From: Candidatus Zambryskiibacteriota bacterium
GTDB taxonomy: Bacteria > Patescibacteriota > Minisyncoccia > Phycocordibacterales > WO2-35-19
DNA length: 64,000 nucleotides
NCBI GenBank assembly: GCA_963840745.1
Contig: CAWJAC010000005.1
Location: forward strand, 17,615 to 81,614
Direction of reading: 5' to 3'
How positions within the stretch are numbered: the stretch's first letter is position 1; every line of letters starts with the position of its first letter. Below, piece by piece: positions 39,024-48,191 of the stretch. The position numbers and the translations under genes were made by a program. The notes below the pieces were generated by a model, which ran no database searches, was not told the origin of the DNA, and saw only the letters and a list, made by a program, of their open reading frames with translations.

Positions 39024-39734
39024 ATGAAAATAGAAATTAAAAAACTAAACACCCCACGAAAGGTGCAGGATTTTTTGGATAAGGTGCCTTTTAATTTTGA
39101 AAAGAAAGGGGAAACTTATTGGCCGCCTAAAAAAGCGATCGAAATGGGCAGAATGCACTGCTTTGAGGGAGCAGTCTTCGCCTGCCTCTCTCTGCAAAAG
39201 CATCATATCGAAAATTATTTGGTTGACCTGAAAGTCAAAAATTTAAAAAAAGACAGCGATCATACTTTGTGCATTTTCAGAATTAATAAATATTGGGGAG
39301 CTATAAGCAAAACCAATCATTCTGTATTGCGTTGGCGCGATCCCATTTACAAAAGCGTTCGCGAGCTGGCTCTTTCTTATTTCCATGAATATTTTTTGGA
39401 TTCTGGTGAAAAAACCTTGCTCTCTTTCTCCAAGCCATTTGATATCTGGAAAAGATTTGGAGCTAAATGGACCGAAGGAGAAAAAGATCTGGATAAAATA
39501 GCCGAAGCGCTCGACAAATCGCCGCATATAAAATTTGTGCCAAAAGCAAATAAAAAATTCATAAGATCTGCTAGCAAGACTGAAATAAAAGGAGCGAGTG
39601 TGGTAGAATACAAGAGCATGAAAGAGTTGGATTATATATCCCGAAGTAGGAATAATTTTGGCTCTTCTGGTAATTTTCGGGTGGAATTTTTATATGAACA
39701 TGCCAGTTACACCAGCAGTCGGACCGGGCGGTAG
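39024..39734 (+). CDS. transglutaminase-like (Cys-His-Asp) domain protein, possibly the N-terminal part of a frameshifted fusion with 39658..40125
   Basis: 236 aa. 'MHCFEGAVFACLSL...H...D' resembles a transglutaminase-like cysteine protease core. Confidence 0.4.
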   Translation: MKIEIKKLNTPRKVQDFLDKVPFNFEKKGETYWPPKKAIEMGRMHCFEGAVFACLSLQKHHIENYLVDLKVKNLKKDSDHTLCIFRINKYWGAISKTNHSVLRWRDPIYKSVRELALSYFHEYFLDSGEKTLLSFSKPFDIWKRFGAKWTEGEKDLDKIAEALDKSPHIKFVPKANKKFIRSASKTEIKGASVVEYKSMKELDYISRSRNNFGSSGNFRVEFLYEHASYTSSRTGR

Positions 39735-40125
39735 CATAAGCGGCAATTATAGTATTGAAAGTATTGAAAAACTCGGCAAGCCCTATGAATGCAGCTTTTC
39801 AAAATCTGACGGATCTTCTGAAGTTTCAGGAACATTGCAGATGGCAGAAGGTAAATTGCGCGGTAATTTTAACATAAGCGCCGCCACAAGTTTTACCAGC
39901 CATTTTATAATAATAAGCGACACCACTTACACCTGGACATCTCTCGGAGCTGTCGGATACAAAAGTCCCGTTGCTAAAAGCGCATCAAAAAATGCTTCAC
40001 CGATAGAGCAAGCTCAAATAGTCGGCACCGAAGATAAAGAAGATTACAATTGCTCACCTTGGAATATTGATCCTACAGTATTTGAACTTCCTTCCGGCAT
40101 TAATTTCTTGGAATTAAAAAATTAA
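39658..40125 (+). CDS. extracytoplasmic hypothetical protein (TM/signal-like N-terminus)
   Basis: 155 aa from a TTG start. The frame is open from 39622 and encodes TM helix 'VGIILALLVIFGWNFY'. Confidence 0.4.
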   Translation: MALLVIFGWNFYMNMPVTPAVGPGGSISGNYSIESIEKLGKPYECSFSKSDGSSEVSGTLQMAEGKLRGNFNISAATSFTSHFIIISDTTYTWTSLGAVGYKSPVAKSASKNASPIEQAQIVGTEDKEDYNCSPWNIDPTVFELPSGINFLELKN

Positions 40126-40145
40126 TATCCCCAGTTTTTGCTTGT

Positions 40146-40173
40146 TTGACTTTTTGTTTTAAAAGTTTATTAT
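40146..40173 (+). promoter_or_regulatory. sigma70-like promoter (TTGACT-N16/17-TATTAT)
   Basis: Hexamers read directly. Sits at the 5' edge of a GC-rich non-coding block. Confidence 0.4.
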
Positions 40174-40184
40174 TTGTGTTTAGA

Positions 40185-40442
40185 AGTATTTATTCCACCT
40201 CTGGAGAAGAAATTGGTTCAAGCACGGTTAACAAGAAGAACGGGCAACCGCCCCAAGTTGGCTCATGCAGCTCCTAAAATTGCCCAAAGGAAAAACGGGA
40301 ATCTGGAGCTAAAACAGCCGGAAATTGGGTTTCGTATCAAAGCATTTTTGCGGACGCATTACCCTTCTTTGAGAGAGGGGGTGATCATCTAGCTATGTTT
40401 GAGAGGCCGCTGTGTGAGTTTTCCACAGCGGCCTTTTGTTTG
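40185..40442 (+). ncRNA. candidate structured ncRNA or cis-regulatory leader, class undetermined
   Basis: ~250-nt GC-rich block between promoter and terminator with no credible ORF. A long-range helix (CCUCU-GG-AGAAG at ~40196-40207 / CUUCU-UUGAG-AGAGG at ~40363-40377) and several local hairpins are visible by eye. Confidence 0.4.
40404..40442 (+). terminator. rho-independent terminator
   Basis: 11-bp GC-rich stem AGGCCGCTGTG/CACAGCGGCCT with a 9-nt loop, followed by TTTTGTTTG. Confidence 0.7.
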
Positions 40443-40455
40443 ATATAATGTTTAT

Positions 40456-41451
40456 ATGGAGAAATTTAAAAATTCCAAGTTTATTTTTGTGGTCGGTATA
40501 GGTGGTTCTGATTTGGCATCAAAAGCTGTTTGGAATGCTTTAACTTTGCACAAACCAGATGTGGATAAAAAAATATTTTTCCTTGAGTCCCCGGATGCGC
40601 GCGAATATGAGGAAGTGGCGGATTTTGTTAAAGATGAGATAGCAAGTTTGAAAGAAATTGTTTTAATTGTCGTGAGCAAATCAGGTCAAACAGCCGAAAC
40701 TTTGGAGACCTTCCACAAAACATTTGACATTTTGTCTGAAAAATTCGGAGAGCCAATAACAAAAAGAGTACTGGTCATCTCGTCAAAAGACACTCCCCTC
40801 TGGAAATTGGCAGAAGAAAAAAATATAGAAAAATTGGAATGGGAAGGCAATGTCGGCGGGCGCTTCAGCGCTTTTACTGTCGCCCATACTACAATTCTTT
40901 CTATAGCCGGCTGCGATACCGATGCATACACCGTCGGTAAAAAAGAGATGGAGGAAAAATGTGGGGAAGGAGCAGAAAACAATCCAGCCTTGCATCTGGC
41001 AAAAAATATTTTTGAAAATTATAAAAGAGGTTTCAATATTTTGGACTTTTTTATTTTTAATTCAGAGCTTGAAGATTTGGGTAAATGGTGCCGTCAGCTT
41101 ATAGCCGAAAGTTTGGCTATGATCACACCTACAGTTTCGATCGGCCCGACCGATTTGCATTCTATGTTGGAGCTTTATTTGGGCGGACCAAAAAACAGAT
41201 TTACTATTTTTATACAATCCCTCAATGAAATTAAAAACAGCGTTAACGAATCCGCCTATGAAAATGTCACCAGTGCATACAAGGAAGCGGAATTGCCTTT
41301 TATAAAATACGAGATGGAAAAAATAAACGAAAAGGAGTTGGGAAGCTTCATGGCTTACATGATAGCCACAACTATCGAGTTGGCTAAACTCTTGGAAGTG
41401 AATCCTTATGATCAGCCGGTAGTGGAAGAATATAAAAAAAATTTATTATGA
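40456..41451 (+). CDS. pgi: glucose-6-phosphate isomerase (short archaeal/CPR-type)
   Basis: 331 aa. 'VVGIGGSDLASKAV', 'VVSKSGQTAETLETF'. Confidence 0.7.
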   Translation: MEKFKNSKFIFVVGIGGSDLASKAVWNALTLHKPDVDKKIFFLESPDAREYEEVADFVKDEIASLKEIVLIVVSKSGQTAETLETFHKTFDILSEKFGEPITKRVLVISSKDTPLWKLAEEKNIEKLEWEGNVGGRFSAFTVAHTTILSIAGCDTDAYTVGKKEMEEKCGEGAENNPALHLAKNIFENYKRGFNILDFFIFNSELEDLGKWCRQLIAESLAMITPTVSIGPTDLHSMLELYLGGPKNRFTIFIQSLNEIKNSVNESAYENVTSAYKEAELPFIKYEMEKINEKELGSFMAYMIATTIELAKLLEVNPYDQPVVEEYKKNLL

Positions 41452-42227
41452 ATTCAATTTTGTTTGACATCGGAGCGACAAAGACAAGAATGGCATATTC
41501 GGCAGATGGAGAAATATTTGAGGAGCCAAAAGTTTTTGAAACTCCCCAAAATTACGAAGAAATTTTGAATTTATTTAAAGAAACAGCCAAAGAACTTGCG
41601 GGCGAAAGGATAATAAAAACGATCGTCGGCGGCATGAGCAGAAGCGTTCCAGGACTAACTGAAGAAAAATTTAAAAAGGACCTGACAGAAATATTTGGCG
41701 TAGCCGCGCTTATAGAAAATGATGCTGCCATGGTGGGATTGGGAGAGGCTAATTGGGGAGCCGGCAGAAGTTTTGAGATCGTAGCTTATATCACTGTTTC
41801 CACCGGTGTCGGCGGAGCCAGGATAGTGAACGGTAAAATTGACGAGCGAGCAGTCGGCTTTGAACCAGGCAAGCAAATTATGGATATTGATACAGGAAAA
41901 ACTTTGGAAGATATGATCTCAGGCAAATCTCTGGAGAAAAAAATGGGCAAACATCCAAAAGATATAACCGATCCAGCGGTTTGGGATACGCATGCCTGGC
42001 TCCTTTCAATCGGGCTTAACAATATAATAGTAGAGTGGTCTCCAGACTGCGTGGTTCTCGGCGGCTCAATGATTACTGGCAATCCTGCCATACCTTTAGA
42101 TAAAACAGAGGCTCATCTGAAAGAAATTCTAAAAATTTTCCCCAAATTGCCAGTTTTAAGAAAAGCAGAACTGGGAGACTTCGGTGGCCTTTATGGTGCA
42201 TTGGCTTATTTAAAAAATTTAAAATAA
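41448..42227 (+). CDS. ROK-family sugar kinase (glucokinase-like)
   Basis: 259 aa. 'LFDIGATKTRMA', 'LIENDAAMVGLGE', 'VSTGVGGARIVNGKI'. Start overlaps the pgi stop. Confidence 0.65.
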   Translation: MNSILFDIGATKTRMAYSADGEIFEEPKVFETPQNYEEILNLFKETAKELAGERIIKTIVGGMSRSVPGLTEEKFKKDLTEIFGVAALIENDAAMVGLGEANWGAGRSFEIVAYITVSTGVGGARIVNGKIDERAVGFEPGKQIMDIDTGKTLEDMISGKSLEKKMGKHPKDITDPAVWDTHAWLLSIGLNNIIVEWSPDCVVLGGSMITGNPAIPLDKTEAHLKEILKIFPKLPVLRKAELGDFGGLYGALAYLKNLK

Positions 42228-42236
42228 TTAAACCTT

Positions 42237-42656
42237 ATGGAAACATACGCTTGGATAAAAGAATACGGTGTCGGGGTCAAAGAAATTGACGGTCAGCATC
42301 AACATTACTTTGAGATTACCAATGAAATTACCAAAATGACAGGGCAGGAAAACATCGCCACCGAGGAACTTTTGGTAAAAATAAATGAGCTTGTAAATTA
42401 CGCGATTTATCATTTCGCGACTGAAGAAAATTTTTTTAAGCATTACGGTTATCGAGAAATTGAACCGCATATGGATGCCCACCAGAGCTATCATGAAAAA
42501 ATGGACAAATTCCTGGCCGAAGCTGAAAACAAAAATGCGGACACCAAAGCCACCGCTCTTAAGATGGCCGAATTTGCCGGTAGCTGGCTCATAAACCATA
42601 TTATGGATATGGACCAAAAATATATAGATTTCATGCGCTCAAACGGTATAAATTAG
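42237..42656 (+). CDS. hemerythrin-like (bacteriohemerythrin) protein
   Basis: 139 aa. 'WIKEYGVGVKEIDGQHQHYF' plus the His/Glu ligands 'HFATEENFFKHYGY...H...H'. Confidence 0.7.
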   Translation: METYAWIKEYGVGVKEIDGQHQHYFEITNEITKMTGQENIATEELLVKINELVNYAIYHFATEENFFKHYGYREIEPHMDAHQSYHEKMDKFLAEAENKNADTKATALKMAEFAGSWLINHIMDMDQKYIDFMRSNGIN

Positions 42657-42695
42657 CGGCTTTCTTTTTGTCTGAATTTTGATTAAACTAGTCAC

Positions 42696-43694
42696 ATGAA
42701 TATTTCAGTAGGAATCGTGGGCCTCCCTAACGTAGGCAAAAGTACGCTTTTTAACGCGCTAACCAAAAAGAATGTGCCAGCTGAGAATTATCCATTTTGC
42801 ACCATTGACCCGTCGGTCGGCATTATTGCTGTGCCAGATGAGAGGTTAGACAAGCTTGACGCTTTTTCGAAGTCAAAAAAGAAAATCCCGGCCGTAGTTG
42901 AATTCGTTGACATTGCCGGACTGGTGCGAGGAGCTTCAAAAGGGGAGGGCAAAGGCAACGCATTTTTGGCGGCCATCAGAGAATGCGACGCCATCGCCGA
43001 AGTAGTGCGCGTCTTTGACGATCCCGAAATTTTGCATGTCGAGGGTGGAGTTGATCCGCTTTCTGATATTGAGACAATAAACTTGGAATTGATACTCGCA
43101 GATTTGCAAACCGTAGAGAAACGTCTTGGCAGTCTGCAAAAAGAATTTAAAGCCGGGAAGAAAGAGGCAATAATCGAAGAGCAAGAATTGCAAGAGGCAA
43201 AAAAAATTCTAGAGGATGGTAAGCTTTTGGGTCCATCTTTCAAACTTTCAAATCTGCACCTTTTGACTCAAAAACCGATTTTGTATGTTTTAAATACTTC
43301 AGAGGCCGCAAACCAAGTGCCGCAGGCCAAAGAAATTTTGGAAGGCAAAAATAATGTGGTTGGAAATAATTTTGTAGTCATTGACCCAATCTTTGAAAAA
43401 GGTTTGAATGACTTAATTAAAAAAGCTTACGAAACTTTGGATTTGATCACATATTTCACCACCGGCGAAGATGAGACTCGCGGCTGGACCATAAAAAAGA
43501 ACTCGACTGCACCGGTGGCCGGCACCGCTATCCACACCGATTTCCACGACAAATTTATACGAGCCGAAGTGATCGAGTGGAATAAACTTCTAGAAGCTGG
43601 CAGTTACGCCGCTGCCCGCGAAAAAGGCCTGCTCCGTACCGAGGGTAAAGAATATATCGTCAAAGATGGGAATGTCGTAGAGTTTAAGATATAG
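42696..43694 (+). CDS. ychF: redox-regulated ATPase YchF (Obg-like)
   Basis: 'VGIVGLPNVGKSTLFNALT', C-terminal TGS domain. Confidence 0.9.
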   Translation: MNISVGIVGLPNVGKSTLFNALTKKNVPAENYPFCTIDPSVGIIAVPDERLDKLDAFSKSKKKIPAVVEFVDIAGLVRGASKGEGKGNAFLAAIRECDAIAEVVRVFDDPEILHVEGGVDPLSDIETINLELILADLQTVEKRLGSLQKEFKAGKKEAIIEEQELQEAKKILEDGKLLGPSFKLSNLHLLTQKPILYVLNTSEAANQVPQAKEILEGKNNVVGNNFVVIDPIFEKGLNDLIKKAYETLDLITYFTTGEDETRGWTIKKNSTAPVAGTAIHTDFHDKFIRAEVIEWNKLLEAGSYAAAREKGLLRTEGKEYIVKDGNVVEFKI

Positions 43695-43701
43695 CAATTT
43701 G

Positions 43702-43710
43702 TGGTATAAT
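43702..43710 (+). promoter_or_regulatory. extended -10 promoter element TGGTATAAT
   Basis: Read directly, 27 nt upstream of the 43737 start. Confidence 0.35.
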
Positions 43711-43736
43711 TAGGTCGTTAAAATTAACCTATTATT

Positions 43737-44684
43737 ATGGAACAAAAAACTTCTGCTAAAGATTTCTTTTTGAATCTCGGAGCCATTGTGGCACTTTATA
43801 CAACAGTGGTCAGTTTATTAAACCTGCTATTTACAGTTATCAATAACGCTTATCCGCAGATAAATTCCGGATACTATTATATAGGCAGTCAATCTATAAG
43901 CATGCCTGTTGCCACCATAATTATTTTCTTTCCTGTTTTTATTCTGCTTATGTGGCTGCTGGAGAAAAGTTATGTGATAGAACCGGAGAAGAAAAATCTG
44001 GGAGTCCGCAAGTGGCTGACCTACATTACTCTTTTTATAGCTGGAATAGTTTTAGCAGGGGATTTGGTGACGGTGCTTTATTACTTTTTGGACGGGCAAG
44101 AATTGACAGCCGGATTTATTTTGAAAATTATTTCAGTTTTGATAGTCATAATAGCCGTCTTCATTTATTACATTTCTGACATTCGCAATAAATTAACTAG
44201 AGCATCGAGAAAAATATGGCTTGGCATATCTGCCGTCTTGGTACTCGGCTCTATTATCTGGGGATTTGCTGTTTTGGGTTCGCCTTGGACACAACAAATG
44301 ATTAAATACGACAATCAAAAAGTTTCAGACCTTCAAAATATTCAGCAGCAAGTTATAAGCTACTGGCAGACGAACGGTATGATTCCGACGAGTCTCTCTG
44401 ACATAAGTTCAAGCCAGCCGTACAACATCATCCCCAAAGATCCGCAATCAAAAACAACTTACGAATACGACAAAACCGGAGTAATGACTTTTGATTTATG
44501 CGCCGAATTCAATAAAGAAAACGTGAATCAAAATCAGTATCCACCAGCTTTGGTAACAACCCCAATCGGTTATCCGGTAAAAGGAATCGTTATTCAAAAC
44601 GACAATTGGAATCATCCTGCCGGCCATCAATGCTTCTCCCTCGTCATTGACCCGATAGCCTATCCGACGCAGGTGAAAGGATAA
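43737..44684 (+). CDS. DUF5671-like integral membrane protein
   Basis: 315 aa. 4-5 TM helices, then an extracytoplasmic C-terminal domain. Confidence 0.5.
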   Translation: MEQKTSAKDFFLNLGAIVALYTTVVSLLNLLFTVINNAYPQINSGYYYIGSQSISMPVATIIIFFPVFILLMWLLEKSYVIEPEKKNLGVRKWLTYITLFIAGIVLAGDLVTVLYYFLDGQELTAGFILKIISVLIVIIAVFIYYISDIRNKLTRASRKIWLGISAVLVLGSIIWGFAVLGSPWTQQMIKYDNQKVSDLQNIQQQVISYWQTNGMIPTSLSDISSSQPYNIIPKDPQSKTTYEYDKTGVMTFDLCAEFNKENVNQNQYPPALVTTPIGYPVKGIVIQNDNWNHPAGHQCFSLVIDPIAYPTQVKG

Positions 44685-44690
44685 AAACTC

Positions 44691-47012
44691 ATGCAGGAAA
44701 AATACGATCATAAAGAAATAGAGAAAAAATGGCAGAAGTTTTGGAAAGAAAACAAGCTTTACGAAACTCTAGATCAGGACGGCAACAAACCTAACTTCTA
44801 CACGCTGGTGGAGTTTCCTTATCCGTCGGGTAATCTGCACATCGGCCATTGGTACGCTTTTGCCGTGCCTGATATTTTTGCAAGGACAAAAAGAATGCAA
44901 GGATACAATGTAATGTTTCCGATCGGCTTTGATGCGTTCGGATTGCCGGCCGAAAATGCCGCCATCAAACATGGCGTGGATCCGCGCAAATGGACTTACG
45001 AAAATATTTCTTATATGGAAAAGCAATTACAAAGTATGGGCAACTCTTTCGACTGGTCGCGTAAAGTTATTACCTCCGACCCAGAATATTATAAATGGAC
45101 ACAGTGGCTTTTTTTGAAATTATACGAGAAAGGTTTGGCTTATAAAAAGAAAGCGTCCGTCAACTGGTGTCCCAAAGACAATACCGTGCTGGCCAACGAA
45201 CAGGTCATTGGCGGCAAGTGTGAGAGGTGCGGCACCGAAGTTGTCCAAAAAGATTTGGAACAATGGTTTTTCAAAATTACCGATTACGCCGAGCGCCTGC
45301 TCTCAGATTTGGATAATTTAAAATGGCCTGAAGCCATCAAAGAAGCGCAGAGGAATTGGATTGGGAAGTCGGAGGGGACGGAATTGGAGTTTGGAATAAA
45401 GGATTTTGGGGGGGTGATATCGGTTTTCACTACCCGAGCAGACACTTTATTTGGCGTGACTTATCTTGTCGTCGCCCCGGAACACGAAATAATTGAAAAT
45501 TTTAAATTAAAAATCAAAAATTGGAGCGAAGTACAAAATTATATAAAAGAAACGAAAAGCAAAACAGAAATAGAAAGGACTGATGCCAAAAAAGAAAAAA
45601 CCGGGGTGAAATTGGAAGGAGTTGTTGCTATAAACCCGGCAATTTCGGGAGCGGGACGAGAAGTGCCAATTTTCGTGGCTGATTATGTTTTGGGTAATTA
45701 CGGCACTGGTGCAATAATGGCGGTACCATCGCATGATGAAAGAGATTTGGAGTTTGCTCAAAAATATAATCTGCCTATAAAAAAAATTACTCCGGATTGG
45801 AGTTTGGAAAAATTCGGCAAGAAAGTGACTAAATATAAATTAAGAGATTGGCTCTTGAGCAGACAGAGATATTGGGGATGCCCTATACCGATAGTTTATG
45901 ATCCTGAAGGCAAGCCGCACCCTGTGCCAGAAGAAAATTTACCATGGCTTCTACCGGAGGACGTGAGAGATTTTGCTCCAAAAGGGCAGTCGCCTTTGGC
46001 CGCCTCAAAGGAACTCAGTGATAGAGTAGAAAAAATATTTGGCAAGGGCTGGACTCCGGAGTTTGATACTATGGATACTTTCGTTGATTCATCTTGGTAT
46101 TTCAACCGCTACACCGACCCTCATAATAATAAAGAATTTGCAAGCAAAGAAAAATTAAAAAAATGGATGCCGGTCAAAAGATATTCCGGCGGGGCCGAAC
46201 ACACCACCATGCATGCTCTTTATGCAAGATTTTTCCATAAAGCACTTTTTGATTTGGGATTAGTAAATGAATCGGAACCTTTTATTGAGAGAATGAACCG
46301 TGGACTTATTATCGGTCCTGATGGACAAAAAATGAGCAAGAGCAAAGGCAATGTAGTTGATCCGGATGAAGAGGTTCTTAAAGTTGGTTCTGATACTGTC
46401 AAAATGTATTTGGCTTTCATCGGTCCCTACAACGAAGTGGGGCAGTATCCGTGGGATTTGGGCGGGATAGTTGGAATAAGAAGATTTTTGGAGAGAGTTT
46501 GGAGATTTGGAACGAGAGAGGGGAAGTTGGAGATAGAAAATTCTAAACTCGAGAGTTTATTGCATAAAACAATAAAAAAAGTAACCGAAGATATTGAAAA
46601 TTATAAATTCAATACGGCTATTTCGGCTATGATGATTTTCTTAAATGAACTAGAACACACTAATCAAGAAGAACCAGTGTCAAAGACTGCCTTTGACACT
46701 TTCCTCAAGTTACTGGCGCCTTTTGCTCCCCACATGATAGAGGAAATTTGGCATAATTTGGGACGCAAGACTTCTATACATCTGGAAAAATGGCCAAAAT
46801 ATGACAAGTCAAAAATAAAAGAAGAAAAAGCAATCATTGTTGTTCAAATAAATGGCAAGGTTAGAACTCAATTTGAAGCTGAAGCCGGAATATCCGAAAA
46901 TATGGCTAAAGAGAAGGCTATTTCCATGTCAGAAGTTAAAAAATGGCTCTCCCAAAAGGAAGTCAAAAAAGTAATTTTTGTCCCCAACAAAATCATCAAT
47001 TTTGTTGTTTAG
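44691..47012 (+). CDS. leuS: leucine--tRNA ligase
   Basis: 773 aa. 'PYPSGNLHIGHWYAFAVPD' (HIGH), 'KMSKSKGN' (KMSKS). Confidence 0.9.
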   Translation: MQEKYDHKEIEKKWQKFWKENKLYETLDQDGNKPNFYTLVEFPYPSGNLHIGHWYAFAVPDIFARTKRMQGYNVMFPIGFDAFGLPAENAAIKHGVDPRKWTYENISYMEKQLQSMGNSFDWSRKVITSDPEYYKWTQWLFLKLYEKGLAYKKKASVNWCPKDNTVLANEQVIGGKCERCGTEVVQKDLEQWFFKITDYAERLLSDLDNLKWPEAIKEAQRNWIGKSEGTELEFGIKDFGGVISVFTTRADTLFGVTYLVVAPEHEIIENFKLKIKNWSEVQNYIKETKSKTEIERTDAKKEKTGVKLEGVVAINPAISGAGREVPIFVADYVLGNYGTGAIMAVPSHDERDLEFAQKYNLPIKKITPDWSLEKFGKKVTKYKLRDWLLSRQRYWGCPIPIVYDPEGKPHPVPEENLPWLLPEDVRDFAPKGQSPLAASKELSDRVEKIFGKGWTPEFDTMDTFVDSSWYFNRYTDPHNNKEFASKEKLKKWMPVKRYSGGAEHTTMHALYARFFHKALFDLGLVNESEPFIERMNRGLIIGPDGQKMSKSKGNVVDPDEEVLKVGSDTVKMYLAFIGPYNEVGQYPWDLGGIVGIRRFLERVWRFGTREGKLEIENSKLESLLHKTIKKVTEDIENYKFNTAISAMMIFLNELEHTNQEEPVSKTAFDTFLKLLAPFAPHMIEEIWHNLGRKTSIHLEKWPKYDKSKIKEEKAIIVVQINGKVRTQFEAEAGISENMAKEKAISMSEVKKWLSQKEVKKVIFVPNKIINFVV

Positions 47013-47084
47013 TCCCGCTTAACGTGGTTTTAGTAACAATATTTGACAAAAAACCTGTCTATGATACTGTAAGAGTATTAAATG

Positions 47085-47093
47085 TGGTATAAT
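47085..47093 (+). promoter_or_regulatory. extended -10 promoter element TGGTATAAT
   Basis: The same TGTGGTATAAT motif as at 43701, 21 nt upstream of the 47114 start. Confidence 0.35.
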
Positions 47094-47113
47094 TAACTAT
47101 TTAAAAATAAACT

Positions 47114-48169
47114 ATGAAAAAAGAAGCCGTCAAGAACAAAATTTTCGTGCTTTCGTTCAATCCTAAGCAGGTTGTTAAAAGACTTTTGAGTTCTCTGCCT
47201 GATAGGGCCCAGGACGTTATCATGGGCCGATTTGGATTTAATGCACAAGGGGAGGAAATGACTCTTGAATCAATCGGCAAAAAATACGGCATTACCAGAG
47301 AGAGAGTCAGACAGATAGAAAATTATGCCATCAACCACATTCGAAAAGCCGACACTTACGAAAAAGAAATGGCTGTTTTTGAAGAGCTTAAAAACACTAT
47401 CAAACAAATGGGCGGAGTGATAGCTGAAGAGGATTTGCTCGATAGCTTAGGCAAAGATGCGGTCACCAAAAAATATATCCATTTCCTTTTGGTGGTTGGT
47501 GATGATTTTAATAAAATAAAAGAAGATATCGAATTTAAGCATCGTTGGCACATTGACGGAGCATTGGCCGAAAAAATCCACGAGGCTTTGCGCAAACTTT
47601 ATATTGGACTCGGTGATGATGAAATTATTCCGGAATCAGAAATTGTTTCTTCTTTCTTGAAACATTTGGAAGATGTCTCTGATGAATACAAACAAGATGA
47701 GATATTAACCCGCTGGCTTTCTATTTCCAAAAACATCGCCAAAAACCCCTTGGGCGAATGGGGCAAGTCAAAATCTTCCAACATAAAAACCAAAGGAGTG
47801 CGCGATTACGCTTACCTCATCTTGCGCAAACACGGCTCGCCGATACATTTTCGCGAAGTGGCCAAACTCATAAGCGAAGTTTTCAATAAAAAAGCCCATG
47901 TCGCCACTACTCACAATGAACTAATTAAAGATCCGAGATTTGTTTTAGTCGGGCGCGGACTTTATGCTCTCAAAGAGTGGGGTTATTCGACCGGCGTGGT
48001 CAGAGATGTTATTCAAGATATTCTAAAAAAGAACGGTCCGCTGCCGAAAGAAGCTGTTCTGGAAAAAGTGCTCAAAGAGCGATACGTCAAACCCAATACC
48101 GTCATGGTCAACCTCCAAAATCCCAAGTATTTCAAAAAAAACAAACAGGGAATGTACACAATAGTTTAA
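47114..48169 (+). CDS. sigma-70 region-4-like HTH domain protein (function unknown)
   Basis: 351 aa. N-terminal 'MTLESIGKKYGITRERVRQIENYAINHIRK' resembles a sigma70_r4 HTH. The remainder has no motifs. Confidence 0.5.
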   Translation: MKKEAVKNKIFVLSFNPKQVVKRLLSSLPDRAQDVIMGRFGFNAQGEEMTLESIGKKYGITRERVRQIENYAINHIRKADTYEKEMAVFEELKNTIKQMGGVIAEEDLLDSLGKDAVTKKYIHFLLVVGDDFNKIKEDIEFKHRWHIDGALAEKIHEALRKLYIGLGDDEIIPESEIVSSFLKHLEDVSDEYKQDEILTRWLSISKNIAKNPLGEWGKSKSSNIKTKGVRDYAYLILRKHGSPIHFREVAKLISEVFNKKAHVATTHNELIKDPRFVLVGRGLYALKEWGYSTGVVRDVIQDILKKNGPLPKEAVLEKVLKERYVKPNTVMVNLQNPKYFKKNKQGMYTIV

Positions 48170-48191
48170 ATTCCTGTGCTATAATTAGGGT

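Noticed and set aside
40174-40392. 72-aa ORF 'MCLEVFIPPLEKK...'
   Set aside because: It has no RBS and an Arg/Lys-rich low-complexity product, and it lies entirely within the GC-rich promoter-to-terminator block. It is better explained as a structured RNA.
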